64,000 bases of DNA from an uncultured Planctomycetales bacterium (GCA_964427405.1 CAYRUB010000007.1:25364-89363); one strand, 5' to 3'. Positions 45,268 through 55,530 are shown, counted from the first letter of the stretch. Notes: a model not told the origin generated them from the letters alone. A program made the numbers and translations.

Positions 45268-46740
45268 CTAAAGTATGTATTCGGGGTTTTTAACCAGGGG
45301 TTTACTTTTTATCTCCTCAGTAACCGCTTGCGGGATTCCGGGCTTGCCCAGCTTGTAATACATATAATTTTTATACCCTTCCACTCCGGGCTGGTCAAAG
45401 GCGTTTATGTTAAGCAACTCACCTTCAAAGGCAGTGGCCATCTCAAAGAAAAATAAAAGCGCTCCCCAGTTATACGCGGAGACTTCGGGCATGATAATCG
45501 TGCAGTTCGGCCGGCTTTCGCTGACCAATGCCCACTCTGTGGCCTCCTGGGCCAAATGCATAAGCGAGCTAAAACTTTTCCCGGAAAGCAGATCCCCGGT
45601 TCCTGGGATTCTTAAATCTGTTTTAAAGTTCTCTACGCGGATAAAGGTAAGAACCTTATTATCTTCTCCTTCAACATTATTTTGCTGGATAGAATGCAAG
45701 TCGTTAGTTCCGGCGGCAGATATAGGTGTTCTGCCCTTGCTAAATAAAGATTTTTTATCCGCCAGCCAACTCTCTATTCCATCAACACCTACCTCAATCT
45801 TACGGTGGTATTTTTTACCTAAACTTTCAGCTAAAAGCTGCACATACCAATCTGCCGTTGATTTAAGCGTTTGAGAAAAAGGCATTAATATAGCCAATGA
45901 TTTTGCTTTCTTCCTGTAGAGAATCGTATGCAACAAAGCGTACATGTACGCGGGATTCTTTAATATATCTTCCTGGCTGCAGCGATTAAACATCTCCTTA
46001 ACACCTGAAAAAAGCTCTGGTATATTTACGCCCACGATAGCCAGATGCATTAGGCCCATATTAAACTCAGAGAACCTTCCGCCTACGCCTTTTAAAATTG
46101 GAAACGCGCGAAAACTTAAAACATCTTTTCTTTGCTCAGACTCCACTTTTTTGCGCAAAGTACCGGATTGCGGGTCAGTAATCGCCAAAATCTGCCTGCC
46201 GTATTTCTTGCCGACTCCCTTTTTAAGCCAAGCCTCAACTAAGGCAAATGCCGCCTTAGGCTCTGTGGTTTCGCCTGATTTAGAGATAACAATCACAAAT
46301 GTTTTCCTGGGCTTAAGATTCTTTAATAAAACCTGCAGGGTATCCGGGTCAAGATTATTGCCTTCCAGATAAATCCGCGGAGATTTCTTCCTTAAGGGCT
46401 TAAATTCATTGTAATAAGGCGCGCACAACGCGTCCTGCGCGGCTTTTAAACCAAGATATGAACCACCGATTCCCAGAAAAACAACATTATCATATTTTTT
46501 AGAGATCTCTTTTCCGAGTTTCTGGATCTTGGCAATCTCCTCTTTGTCCTGTTGATGAAGATTCGCCCACTCAAGGCCTAAATTTACCCTTGCCTGAGGA
46601 TTAGCAATAATTTTATTTAAGTGCAGCGCGCAAAGTCGCGCCTCGGGAAGGATCTCATCAATATCCTGCTGGCTTACGCCATGAGCGCCAACGTTAGAAC
46701 TAAACATATTATTAAAATCAAACTTTAGATTCATATTCAT
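45268..46740 (-). CDS. pgi: Glucose-6-phosphate isomerase
   Basis: 490 aa with LGIGGSYLG and SKSGETTE motifs. Confidence 0.85.
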   Translation of the reverse strand: MNMNLKFDFNNMFSSNVGAHGVSQQDIDEILPEARLCALHLNKIIANPQARVNLGLEWANLHQQDKEEIAKIQKLGKEISKKYDNVVFLGIGGSYLGLKAAQDALCAPYYNEFKPLRKKSPRIYLEGNNLDPDTLQVLLKNLKPRKTFVIVISKSGETTEPKAAFALVEAWLKKGVGKKYGRQILAITDPQSGTLRKKVESEQRKDVLSFRAFPILKGVGGRFSEFNMGLMHLAIVGVNIPELFSGVKEMFNRCSQEDILKNPAYMYALLHTILYRKKAKSLAILMPFSQTLKSTADWYVQLLAESLGKKYHRKIEVGVDGIESWLADKKSLFSKGRTPISAAGTNDLHSIQQNNVEGEDNKVLTFIRVENFKTDLRIPGTGDLLSGKSFSSLMHLAQEATEWALVSESRPNCTIIMPEVSAYNWGALLFFFEMATAFEGELLNINAFDQPGVEGYKNYMYYKLGKPGIPQAVTEEIKSKPLVKNPEYIL

Positions 46741-46744
46741 CTCC

Positions 46745-47776
46745 TTACCTACTCAACTCTGCTAATTTTAGAATCAACTCCTTAGTATCATTCCAACCTA
46801 AACAAGGATCGGTGATTGACTGGCCGAACACCTTGCCTCCGACTTTCTGCGCGCCCTCCACCAGATAACTTTCCACCATCAGCCCTTTAACTGTCTTTCT
46901 TAAATCTTTAGACTGGGCTAAGCTATTCATTATCTCTTCCGCTATCCGGGGCTGCTGGGTGAAATCTTTATCTGAATTGGCATGATTAGTATCAACGATA
47001 AGCGCAGGATTTACAAGATTGCGTTTTAGATACAGCTGAACAAAATGAATTAAATCTTCGTAATGATAATTCGGGATGCTTTGGCCCTGGCGGTTAATCG
47101 CTCCGCGAAGGATACAGTGCGCCAGAGAATTGCCGTCAGTTTTGACCTCCCAGCCATTATAAATAAAGGTGTGCTGGATCTGCGCGGCTTCCACAGAATT
47201 CAGCAGGACATTTAAATCTCCGCTGGTAGGGTTCTTCATGCCAACGGGAATATCCAGGCCGCTTACTGTCAGGCGATGCTCCTGGTTCTCTACGGAACGC
47301 GCGCCGATTGTAACATAACTCAAAACATCCTCCAGGTACGGATAGTTTCCCGGATAAAGCATCTCATCCGCGGCGGTTAAGCCGGACTCGCTGAGTACCC
47401 TAAGGTGCATACGCCGGATAGCCTTGATCCCACGGGAAATATCAGGATCACCCGAGGCCTCGGGCTGATGCAGCATGCCTTTATACCCTTTTCCGGTTGT
47501 ACGGGGTTTATTCGTATAAATACGGGGAATTAAAATTAACCTATCCTTAACTTTATGCTGAAGTACGGCAAGGCGGGATACATATTTCGAAAGCGCATCT
47601 TCATTATCAGCTGAACAGGGGCCGATAATTAAAAGCAGCCGGCTATCATTACCTTTTATAACATTTAAAATGTCTTTATCCCGCGCTGCCTTTACTTTTT
47701 TCAGCTTTGCCGGCATAGGCATAAGCTGGAGGATCTCAAGCGGCGTGGGAATTTTCTGCAGATATGCAAAACTCAT
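46745..47776 (-). CDS. aroG: 3-deoxy-7-phosphoheptulonate (DAHP) synthase, class I (AroG-type)
   Basis: 343 aa with GPCSADNED (GPCSxE) and KPRTTGKGYKGM (KPRTS) motifs. Confidence 0.85.
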   Translation of the reverse strand: MSFAYLQKIPTPLEILQLMPMPAKLKKVKAARDKDILNVIKGNDSRLLLIIGPCSADNEDALSKYVSRLAVLQHKVKDRLILIPRIYTNKPRTTGKGYKGMLHQPEASGDPDISRGIKAIRRMHLRVLSESGLTAADEMLYPGNYPYLEDVLSYVTIGARSVENQEHRLTVSGLDIPVGMKNPTSGDLNVLLNSVEAAQIQHTFIYNGWEVKTDGNSLAHCILRGAINRQGQSIPNYHYEDLIHFVQLYLKRNLVNPALIVDTNHANSDKDFTQQPRIAEEIMNSLAQSKDLRKTVKGLMVESYLVEGAQKVGGKVFGQSITDPCLGWNDTKELILKLAELSR

Positions 47777-47779
47777 TTT

Positions 47780-48112
47780 CTAATTATTATTTTGCTGGAT
47801 GATCTTAAGCGTGGTGCGCTGGCCGTCTTTCCAAGGCCAAAGCATGGCAAGGATACTGTCTGTCCCAGTAGTTTTATAATATAGCGTCTGGCCCGGCATA
47901 ATCCCCCCAAGGCCATTGACCGTTTCCTGCACTTTATGCGGCAACCTGGATTTTGAAGGAAAAACCGGCTCCCCCATAAAACTCTTTAGCTGCAGGTGAA
48001 GTTTTTCCAGCTCCCGCTGAATAATAACTCCCTCGAAATGATTATCACAATCAGTGCGCAGATCTTCAAAACTAAACTGCTTCATGTTTCTTCTCAGGGA
48101 ACTAAAGTCCAT
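47780..48112 (-). CDS. Hypothetical protein upstream of the DAHP synthase
   Basis: 110 aa with no recognisable motif. It is 4 nt from the aroG start and probably co-transcribed. Confidence 0.4.
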   Translation of the reverse strand: MDFSSLRRNMKQFSFEDLRTDCDNHFEGVIIQRELEKLHLQLKSFMGEPVFPSKSRLPHKVQETVNGLGGIMPGQTLYYKTTGTDSILAMLWPWKDGQRTTLKIIQQNNN

Positions 48113-48167
48113 GGGGATCTCCTTTGTTTGTTATTATAACATAGCTAAAAACAATTAAAACATATTT

Positions 48168-48647
48168 TTAAAATTCTTTATATGGCCGCAAAGTCGCCCC
48201 GATAAAACGCAAGATCTCACACCGGCGCCCCTGGTCAAGGCCCTTATAACAGACACCTAAGCGAAATTCATTTTCATACGGCAGGCAGCTTCTCACCTCC
48301 GCCTCTACCTCAACCGGTTTAACTATATTTACCGAGCCTTCATCTGAGCCAAAAAAAATGAACTTCAAAATCAAGTTAGACCAGACCGGAATCTGATGTT
48401 TGGATAAAAATGCCAGGCCCGCGGTACTTAAATCCAGGGTGGTGGCCTCCATATCTTTCTCGCCAAACTCAACCCGCAGATGCTCAGGAGTGCGCACTTT
48501 ATACCAAACAGTTAAATTTAAAAGTAAGCGCTGGAACCTGCGCCTGTCTTTACCCCAGTAGCGGTTAAACAAGTTGCCCCCCAAAAGTAAAAAGCCACGA
48601 TTATAAAGGTTTCCACCAAAAACACCTTTATCACCGTGGCAGGACAA
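48168..48647 (-). CDS. PilZ-domain protein (c-di-GMP binding)
   Basis: RRRFQR and DLSTAGLAF PilZ motifs. Confidence 0.7.
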   Translation of the reverse strand: MSCHGDKGVFGGNLYNRGFLLLGGNLFNRYWGKDRRRFQRLLLNLTVWYKVRTPEHLRVEFGEKDMEATTLDLSTAGLAFLSKHQIPVWSNLILKFIFFGSDEGSVNIVKPVEVEAEVRSCLPYENEFRLGVCYKGLDQGRRCEILRFIGATLRPYKEF

Positions 48648-48698
48648 TTACAGAGTAAGTATATACTATATTTTGCTAAATTTCAAGCCCGGGGCAAA

Positions 48699-49136
48699 TT
48701 ATATGATTCTTAATAAATTAAGCCCGGTTTGAGGATCGATCTCTTTACTGGCTTTGATTCCTTTTAACTCCAGGAGCACTGCCTCAATAACCAGGAATAC
48801 CTTTGACTTACCGCGCAGGCATCCGGTGAGCACCCTGTTCTTTTTACCCATGCTGCTATGGATATGTATCTGCGGGCCGCTGGAGTTTACAAAAACTGTG
48901 CCGATACCCATAACCTCCCAGCCATCTTTGAAAGTTAGTTTATTTGGCTGCGGGGGGATTACCGGCTTTTTGGGCCCGGTAACCAAGTCTCCTTTTCTAA
49001 GCGCGCCGATAAAGATCATCGTCGCCGCTTTTACACGCTCTTTCTTGACCAAAAGGCTCAGCTTATCAATCAAAATATCGTTATCTTCAAATTTAATAAG
49101 GAAAACCCTGCCGATTGAACCTTTAGTATATTTCAT
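48699..49136 (-). CDS. PPC/DUF296-domain protein (plant and prokaryote conserved)
   Basis: 145 aa with DUF296-like sequence (GRVFLIKF...IHIHSSMG). Confidence 0.6.
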   Translation of the reverse strand: MKYTKGSIGRVFLIKFEDNDILIDKLSLLVKKERVKAATMIFIGALRKGDLVTGPKKPVIPPQPNKLTFKDGWEVMGIGTVFVNSSGPQIHIHSSMGKKNRVLTGCLRGKSKVFLVIEAVLLELKGIKASKEIDPQTGLNLLRII

Positions 49137-49362
49137 TTTGCAAAAACTGATAATAGTTATTTAAGGATTTTAAAGATTTTAAGAAAACCGCAGTTAACAA
49201 AAAGGTCAATATAACTACGGCTACGCTCACGATGATCTTTTTCTTCTTGCTAAAGCTGGGATTAACCCAAACTAAAGGCAGCATAAAAGGCCCTACGAAA
49301 AAGAAAGAGACAATCAATGACCAGGTCTTGAAATACCATTTTTTCTGCGCTTGATTATCCAC
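49123..49362 (-). CDS. Small membrane protein
   Basis: 79 aa with two hydrophobic helices. Overlaps neighbours at both ends. Confidence 0.45.
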   Translation of the reverse strand: MDNQAQKKWYFKTWSLIVSFFFVGPFMLPLVWVNPSFSKKKKIIVSVAVVILTFLLTAVFLKSLKSLNNYYQFLQNEIY

Positions 49363-49748
49363 TATTTGTTTTTCCTGGCTGACTTAACTTTTTTTATGCG
49401 CGATTTATGCACCACACACAAGACATCGGCAATGGGGGCAATCTTTTTGCCCTCGTAGGGAAATTCTTTGCAGGTCACCGGTTTAAGAGCATAATCAATC
49501 TTGTGTATTCTGCAGAGCCCGTCAGGATCCTGAAAAACACATTGCTCATCCTCATAGCTGGTACCTACCTTGTACCCGGAAGGAAAATCTTTATCTATTT
49601 CTAAATGGAAAAAGTCGCCTTTTATACCAAGCGACAGTATCTTTTTGGCCTCTTCCAAATCAATCCAGGCACCAAGCCGGCAGCAATCCGCCTGATTACT
49701 GCATTTCTTACAATCAATAGCCTGATCTGTTGTTTTTTTGTTTTTCAT
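49362..49748 (-). CDS. YkgJ-family Fe/Zn-chelating CxxCxxCC-domain protein
   Basis: 128 aa with CKKCSNQADCC and downstream Cys residues. Confidence 0.65.
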   Translation of the reverse strand: MKNKKTTDQAIDCKKCSNQADCCRLGAWIDLEEAKKILSLGIKGDFFHLEIDKDFPSGYKVGTSYEDEQCVFQDPDGLCRIHKIDYALKPVTCKEFPYEGKKIAPIADVLCVVHKSRIKKVKSARKNK

Positions 49749-49828
49749 AAGTTATGATTATACATGTTTTAGCTTAAAATCCCAAATACATTTAAGTACC
49801 TGGGATTTTAAAACTGCTATTTATTTAA

Positions 49829-50029
49829 TTAGGCGATATGCACGTTGATTGCGCGCGGGCCTTTGTCGGATTTCTCGATATCATAAGTAACTGCCTGCTC
49901 TTCGGTCAAAGCGTCAAATTTGACTTCAACTAAACTATTCTGATGAAAAAATACTTCTCTGCCGTCGGTATCGCTGATGAAACCAAACCCTCTGTCGCGC
50001 ACTAATTTCTTTATTTTTCCTGTATTCAT
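49829..50029 (-). CDS. Cold-shock protein (CspA family)
   Basis: 66 aa with RGFGFI and VFFH RNP motifs. Confidence 0.9.
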   Translation of the reverse strand: MNTGKIKKLVRDRGFGFISDTDGREVFFHQNSLVEVKFDALTEEQAVTYDIEKSDKGPRAINVHIA

Positions 50030-50093
50030 TTATACTCCTTTTTAAGAAATAGCCTGGCCTCAAAAATTAGAGGCCAGGCTATTTTTACCAGTA

Positions 50094-50294
50094 TTAAAGC
50101 TTGACTACGTTAGTAGCCTGTTCGCCTTTAGGTCCTTTTTCGATGTTGAACTCTACTTCCTGACCCTCAGCCAATGATTTATAACCTTCACCCTGGATTG
50201 CGCTGTGATGAACGAATACATCGCTTCCGGATTCAGGTGTGATAAACCCAAAACCTTTCTGGTCTGAAAACCACTTTACTTTTCCCTTTGCCAT
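50094..50294 (-). CDS. Cold-shock protein (CspA family)
   Basis: 66 aa with KGFGFI and VFVHHSAI. A tandem paralogue of the preceding gene. Confidence 0.92.
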   Translation of the reverse strand: MAKGKVKWFSDQKGFGFITPESGSDVFVHHSAIQGEGYKSLAEGQEVEFNIEKGPKGEQATNVVKL

Positions 50295-50464
50295 TATTTA
50301 CTACCCCCTCTCCTATGAAATTTTAGCAAATAACGGCAGAAACAAAAAACCGCGAAGGTTAGTTTTCTAAACCTCGCGGCCTACAAACTTCTAATCCTTT
50401 ATTCACTACGAAAAAGAGTATAACACATTTTGTGTATTTGTCCAGTAAAAGTTTAACTATTTAA

Positions 50465-50719
50465 TTAATGCCTAAAATGCACAAAAATCCTGCCAAAGTT
50501 CTTGTCGTCTTTTTCTAAGCGGTGATAACGCTGCTTTATCTCCGGCTGCTCAAGAAAACGTAAGACGTGCTTCTTTAATTGGCCGCTGCCCTTACCCGGG
50601 ATAATTTCGATTTCGCTAATCCTTTTCTTTGCCGCCTCATCGATTACCCGCTTAAGCTCAGCCTCAATCGCCCTGCCATTGCTATAAATATCATGCAAAT
50701 CCAGCTTAATTCTACCCAT
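50465..50719 (-). CDS. Smr-domain protein
   Basis: 84 aa with LDLHD...IIPGKGSGQLKKHVLRFL. Confidence 0.65.
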   Translation of the reverse strand: MGRIKLDLHDIYSNGRAIEAELKRVIDEAAKKRISEIEIIPGKGSGQLKKHVLRFLEQPEIKQRYHRLEKDDKNFGRIFVHFRH

Positions 50720-50740
50720 ATGAATATTATATTTTGCTAT

Positions 50741-51166
50741 TTAAATCCGGTCCGGGATATCCAAATTACTGCCGCCCTTGGCTTCTCTTACGTAAAGCGG
50801 GATACTCGCTTCAACCCTGCCATCAACTAATATATTAACCACATAATCACCGGGTTTTTGAAAGGCAACGTTTTGCCCGTTAAGCGCAAAGGAAAAAGAG
50901 GCTTCGGGCACCAGGCTCTGAGGAAGCTGAAAGTTTATTTTTATATCGCTATTCATTAATTTCTGGCCATCGGCATCAGTTAAAGAGATGTTTAATTTAT
51001 GGTCTCCTACCTCCAGCCTGTTAATCAGCAGGCGTAAAGCAACGCTCATGCGCGGTATTACATACGGAAACTTATCAACATTAATACTATCAAATGCCCT
51101 GCATAAAGTCAGGCAACCATTTTCAACCCATGCATGATCCGCAACAGCCGCAACCAGAACCTTCAT
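50741..51166 (-). CDS. Hypothetical protein
   Basis: 141 aa with no recognisable motif. Confidence 0.4.
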   Translation of the reverse strand: MKVLVAAVADHAWVENGCLTLCRAFDSINVDKFPYVIPRMSVALRLLINRLEVGDHKLNISLTDADGQKLMNSDIKINFQLPQSLVPEASFSFALNGQNVAFQKPGDYVVNILVDGRVEASIPLYVREAKGGSNLDIPDRI

Positions 51167-51182
51167 AGTTTGCTCCTTTATT

Positions 51183-52577
51183 TTACCCTAATACCTTAAC
51201 AAGCGCCTGGACAACCGCGGGGTTAAACTGTGTCCCGGAACCGGATTTTATTTTTTCCAGCGCCTCTTCTTTGGGCAACGCCACATGATAAGAACGGGAA
51301 GAAGTCATCGCGTCATAGGCATCCGCGACCGAAACAATCTGGGCGGAAATAGTAGTATCGTCTGCCTTTAGCCCATCGGGATAACCTGTGCCGTCATAGC
51401 GCTCATGATGCGACCTGATCACAGAAAGCATCTGCGAATCCAGGAATACAGGCTTTAAGATCTCTTCCCCTACCTCGGGATGTTTACGCACAAGATCCCA
51501 TTCCCCTTGCGACAAACTGCTTTTTTTATTCAGGATATCATCATGGATACCCAGCTTACCTATATCATGCATCTGAGCTGCTTTCTTTAATAATTCCGCT
51601 TCCTTAGTGGCGATACCCATCTTAATCGCAATCTCATAGGAGTATTCGCTGACCCTGTCTGAATGGCCACGCGTATACGGGTCTTTTGCTTCCAGGCTGC
51701 GCACCATAGCCTGTACCATGCGGTAAAAATATTCATGCAATTTCTCCCGGGCATCCGCAAGGCTGGCGGTCATATCATTAAAAGATAAAGCAAGCTGGCC
51801 AATCTCATCCTGGGATGGGATTTTCACCCGGTAGCTCAGGTCGCCTCCCGCTACATGCTTTGTGCCATCAATGAGCCTCTTGACCGGAGAAATTATCCTT
51901 ATCGAGAATATAGAACCGAGTAACAGGGAAAAAACAATCCCCATCAACAAAACAAATATCCCCCTGTATAACAAATCTTTTTCGGCAAGACGAACGTCGT
52001 TGGCATTTATGTCTATACCCAGTATGGCAACGGGAAGGTTATTCTTATCAAAAATAGGAGCATACCCGGAAAGAAAATTGCCCCATTCATCAACAGCCAG
52101 CTTGGTGTCCGCGCTCGGGCCATCAAAAGCCTTAAGCATCTCCGGAAAACGCTGGGCATTGTATTTATCGCCCGGGTAAGAAGTCAGCCCTTTCCTGGCA
52201 ACTTTAGCCATAAGCGCATCAGGATCAACCACAAACTGATAAATACCCGGTTTATCTGTTTTTGCCATTATGTAAATACTCCTGATCATCGGGTTAGCTT
52301 GTTTTATTTTTAACAACCGGGAGGCTATATTTTCGAAGGAAGGCGTATCTACCCCTTCGGGGCTGAGCGGGATATTACTCAGCTCGTCTCCATCCACTGA
52401 AAGTACGGCAGTTTGCGCGATTACCTTAAGCTTATCCCGCAGCTGGTTAAATTGAGACTGTAAACTGAACTCCAAAAGGATATAATTACTCAGGATCGCC
52501 ACAAATAACAGGGAAAGAATAAAAGATAACGCTACTTTTACGTAAAAACTTTTAAAAAACAAATTTTTGCTTCTCAT
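51183..52577 (-). CDS. Membrane-bound sensor with HAMP and HD-GYP domains (c-di-GMP phosphodiesterase)
   Basis: 464 aa. An N-terminal TM plus periplasmic region, HAMP (PVKRLIDGTK...), HDIGKL, and HERYDGTGYPDGL. Confidence 0.8.
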   Translation of the reverse strand: MRSKNLFFKSFYVKVALSFILSLLFVAILSNYILLEFSLQSQFNQLRDKLKVIAQTAVLSVDGDELSNIPLSPEGVDTPSFENIASRLLKIKQANPMIRSIYIMAKTDKPGIYQFVVDPDALMAKVARKGLTSYPGDKYNAQRFPEMLKAFDGPSADTKLAVDEWGNFLSGYAPIFDKNNLPVAILGIDINANDVRLAEKDLLYRGIFVLLMGIVFSLLLGSIFSIRIISPVKRLIDGTKHVAGGDLSYRVKIPSQDEIGQLALSFNDMTASLADAREKLHEYFYRMVQAMVRSLEAKDPYTRGHSDRVSEYSYEIAIKMGIATKEAELLKKAAQMHDIGKLGIHDDILNKKSSLSQGEWDLVRKHPEVGEEILKPVFLDSQMLSVIRSHHERYDGTGYPDGLKADDTTISAQIVSVADAYDAMTSSRSYHVALPKEEALEKIKSGSGTQFNPAVVQALVKVLG

Positions 52578-52583
52578 CTTATT

Positions 52584-53048
52584 CTACTGCTCCTTAATTA
52601 CCTTGAAAGAATTAAAGCTCCTGTCGCTTTTATAACCGGAATACGAAATCTGGATTAAAGACCAGGTATAAACTTGGCCATCCTCAAATAAATCCGACTT
52701 GATCTTTATGGATGATGTGTCAGGCGGTAAATCTTCTTTATAGATTAAGTTTGCTAAATACATCTTATAACCTTTATAGATCTTAAAGATGAATTTACGC
52801 AAACCCACAACCTCAATCCACCATTTAAACTCCAGGTTATCCTGCCCGGTTAAAACAGCCGTATCATTAATAGGATACCTAAGCCTTGGTTCAGGCAAAC
52901 TATTATAAGGGCCATTGCCATAGGTAAAACTAAGCGTACCCGCGAAACTGGACGCGCTAAAAAACATGACTAAAGATATCGCTATCACTGCGATTCTTTT
53001 CATAGACATAAAGATACGCCTATTTTTTCTTACCGATAGAAAATGCAT
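52584..53048 (-). CDS. Secreted hypothetical protein
   Basis: 154 aa with a signal peptide. Confidence 0.45.
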   Translation of the reverse strand: MHFLSVRKNRRIFMSMKRIAVIAISLVMFFSASSFAGTLSFTYGNGPYNSLPEPRLRYPINDTAVLTGQDNLEFKWWIEVVGLRKFIFKIYKGYKMYLANLIYKEDLPPDTSSIKIKSDLFEDGQVYTWSLIQISYSGYKSDRSFNSFKVIKEQ

Positions 53049-53586
53049 CGCCTAACCGGTTACCCACGCCATAATAAGTACGGCTGGCGGGATTAAAAAT
53101 CATGGGTTTTATTTTCTCGATATCAGGAAATCCTTCTTTTGTTAATGCCTCTTCCTCTACTTTCACATCTTTAATCTGCCCGATAAAAAGTGTATGCAGC
53201 CCTACCTTAACCGCATGCAGCATAATACATTCCAAAACCAGGGGAAATTCTTTGATATAAGGGGCATTTACAAGCTCGCTCTTTACCGGGGTAAGAGCGG
53301 TTGAAGTAAATTTATTCTCCGTCCTGCCTGAAACAATACCGAAATAATCTGCCTCTTTGATGTATGCTTCAGAAGGAATATTTACAGTAAAAGCCTTGCT
53401 TTCCAAAATATTAGAGTAAGTATAAGTAGCATCTCTTAAAGAGATACTAACGCAGGCCGGGTCAGAACAACATATCCCTCCCCAGGCGCAAACCATAGCG
53501 TTCGGTTTAGCTTCTTTATCGTATGTACCTACAACAAAAACCGGGGTTGGAAAAACAATGGTGATGGCTCCGATAGATTTTTTCAT
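53020..53586 (-). CDS. Flavin reductase-like (FMN-binding split barrel) protein
   Basis: 188 aa with [11 protein letters not shown]...AMVCAWGG. Confidence 0.7.
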   Translation of the reverse strand: MKKSIGAITIVFPTPVFVVGTYDKEAKPNAMVCAWGGICCSDPACVSISLRDATYTYSNILESKAFTVNIPSEAYIKEADYFGIVSGRTENKFTSTALTPVKSELVNAPYIKEFPLVLECIMLHAVKVGLHTLFIGQIKDVKVEEEALTKEGFPDIEKIKPMIFNPASRTYYGVGNRLGDAFSIGKKK

Positions 53587-53599
53587 CCCTTCCTCCTGT

Positions 53600-54172
53600 T
53601 TAAGTAATTCTCCTGCCTAAAGCAACCGCCTGTTTACGGATATCATCTTTATGCTTAATATCTCCGGATTCACCTGCGTTTGGAACGAGCAAAGATTCAA
53701 ACTTCATCCCGGAGTAATCCGCGGTTATGGCAAATGTTTTCTCAAGAACATCCAACCCGATATCTTCAAAGGCACTGGCGATTAAAACAAGGGTCTTTCC
53801 TTTTAGCGGTGTCTGCGTTGTCCCGGCCTGATTATCCCATTTATAAAGCGAAAACATCCTGTCCATAACCAGTTTTAGCTGAGCGCTTGCTCCGTAAAAA
53901 TATAGCGGGGTGGCCATCACGATTACATCCGCTTCTATCATCTTCGCCAGGACAGGACTGGCTTCATCATTAATAACACATTCATATTTAACCAGTTTCT
54001 GACAGGCCCTGCAGGATGTGCAACCGGTAGATTTATATTTAAGGAAAGCAGTCTGCACAACTTCAACCTGAGCGCTTTTTGGCCGGATGCCTTCTACGAA
54101 CCATTTTACCAAGAGGGCAGTATTGCCGTCTTTTACGGGGCTGCCGGAGAGTATCAATATTTTCTTAACCAT
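53600..54172 (-). CDS. Iron-sulfur flavoprotein / NADPH-dependent FMN reductase family
   Basis: 190 aa with a flavodoxin-like [14 protein letters not shown] and a Cys cluster CTSCRAC. Confidence 0.7.
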   Translation of the reverse strand: MVKKILILSGSPVKDGNTALLVKWFVEGIRPKSAQVEVVQTAFLKYKSTGCTSCRACQKLVKYECVINDEASPVLAKMIEADVIVMATPLYFYGASAQLKLVMDRMFSLYKWDNQAGTTQTPLKGKTLVLIASAFEDIGLDVLEKTFAITADYSGMKFESLLVPNAGESGDIKHKDDIRKQAVALGRRIT

Positions 54173-54244
54173 AATGCTATTCTACTCCAATAAAGCAAAA
54201 ATCCCAAGTATAAATTTACCGGGATTAAGAATGTTGAATACACC

Positions 54245-54583
54245 CTACTTTTCGGTTAAATTCGCTAAGAATTCTCTATCTTTTATATCCATCTCATAGA
54301 ATTCTACTCCGGCATCAAAAGAGATGATCCTGCCTAAACCGGGCCTTAACATTAAGACCCAAACGACTTTGCCCTTACATTGAATATCCCGGCCATTGAT
54401 ACACATCTTAATTTCTAAAGAATCGCCTACCTTAATTAATCTTACTACTATAACCCTCAGGCCCAATGCGCTGATATCTTTAACCGCTAAAACAGTGTAA
54501 TTGTCTTGCCCGGGAAAACGCGCATTAATTTCGCAAGGGAAAATTTTTCTTTTAGCCTTTCTTTTAATTTCTCCGCCATCCAT
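54245..54583 (-). CDS. PilZ-domain protein
   Basis: 112 aa with a DISALG region and a beta-barrel-like C-terminus. Confidence 0.55.
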   Translation of the reverse strand: MDGGEIKRKAKRKIFPCEINARFPGQDNYTVLAVKDISALGLRVIVVRLIKVGDSLEIKMCINGRDIQCKGKVVWVLMLRPGLGRIISFDAGVEFYEMDIKDREFLANLTEK

Positions 54584-54618
54584 CTACAACTCTCCTTAAG
54601 TTCATTGTGCCCGCTTTT

Positions 54619-55008
54619 TCAGGAAAAGATCAGTGTTTTTAATTTCTGCGGATCCCAGGGATAAAAAGTAAGAAATTCCTCTTTAACTACATCGGGCAGG
54701 ACAGCATCCTGGACCCCTTTTAAGGCCATAGCGATAATTTTATTCCCCTTATTCCTGTTCTTACGCAACTGGCAATCAACCCACCTGCTTTTATGAGTAT
54801 TTTCTCCTATAAGGCAGACAGCAATGTTACATTTTACTATTTTCTCTCCTATCGCCCTCCTGACAGCTTCAGCCCCTTCCGCATCAAAATCCAAATCCAG
54901 GGGGCCTTCATAGAAATCAAGTTCGTAGTCCTGGCCGCGCAGAAAAGAAATCAGCTTTTCCACTCTTGAAGCATCTTCATGCGCGAAACTCAAGTAAACT
55001 TTTTTCAT
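54619..55008 (-). CDS. TIR-like domain protein (DUF1863 / MTH538 TIR-like)
   Basis: 129 aa. KVYLSFAHEDASRVEKLISFL opening strand-helix and a conserved SRWVDCQL. Confidence 0.55.
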   Translation of the reverse strand: MKKVYLSFAHEDASRVEKLISFLRGQDYELDFYEGPLDLDFDAEGAEAVRRAIGEKIVKCNIAVCLIGENTHKSRWVDCQLRKNRNKGNKIIAMALKGVQDAVLPDVVKEEFLTFYPWDPQKLKTLIFS

Positions 55009-55086
55009 AAAGAATATTATGCTTCTTTATACAAACGTAAGTTGTTATTTTTTCTTAGCAATATGGAAATTACACAGGCAGGATTA

Positions 55087-55326
55087 CTAAATTCTTCCTT
55101 CAGCTTCAGCAAAACTGGTTTCAATATACCAAGGGCATTCCCAGCAGTTTTTGAATTTACGCTCAACCATGGCAACGCACCCGGACAACAACCAGCACCT
55201 TTTGCCGTAGTTTTTTTGGTAGATGGGGCACTTTTCTCTGACAGCTTTTACGCACGACCAAAACTGCCAGCAATATTGGGGTTCCCGTGGCTTAGACATA
55301 TTCCCCCTTTGATAGAAGTATACCAT
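55087..55326 (-). CDS. Cys/Trp-rich mini-protein (7 Cys, 5 Trp) of unknown function
   Basis: 79 aa with YCWQFWSC...KCP...RCW...GC...NCWECPWY. No family recognised. Confidence 0.4.
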   Translation of the reverse strand: MVYFYQRGNMSKPREPQYCWQFWSCVKAVREKCPIYQKNYGKRCWLLSGCVAMVERKFKNCWECPWYIETSFAEAEGRI

Positions 55327-55530
55327 ATTTCTTACTCATTTGTAAAGTCCATTCTTACCTTACAGCAAATAAAAAGGCCTCTTTCAAATCTCAAAAGAGG
55401 CCTTTTTATTTATGATGAATGGATTATTTCTGGTTTTTGATTGAGACTAGGCTCAACACATCGCCAACCTGCTTGGCAGTAACTGATACTTGTAACTTGC
55501 TGTCAGCGTTTCGTGCCTTATGCTTAAAAC

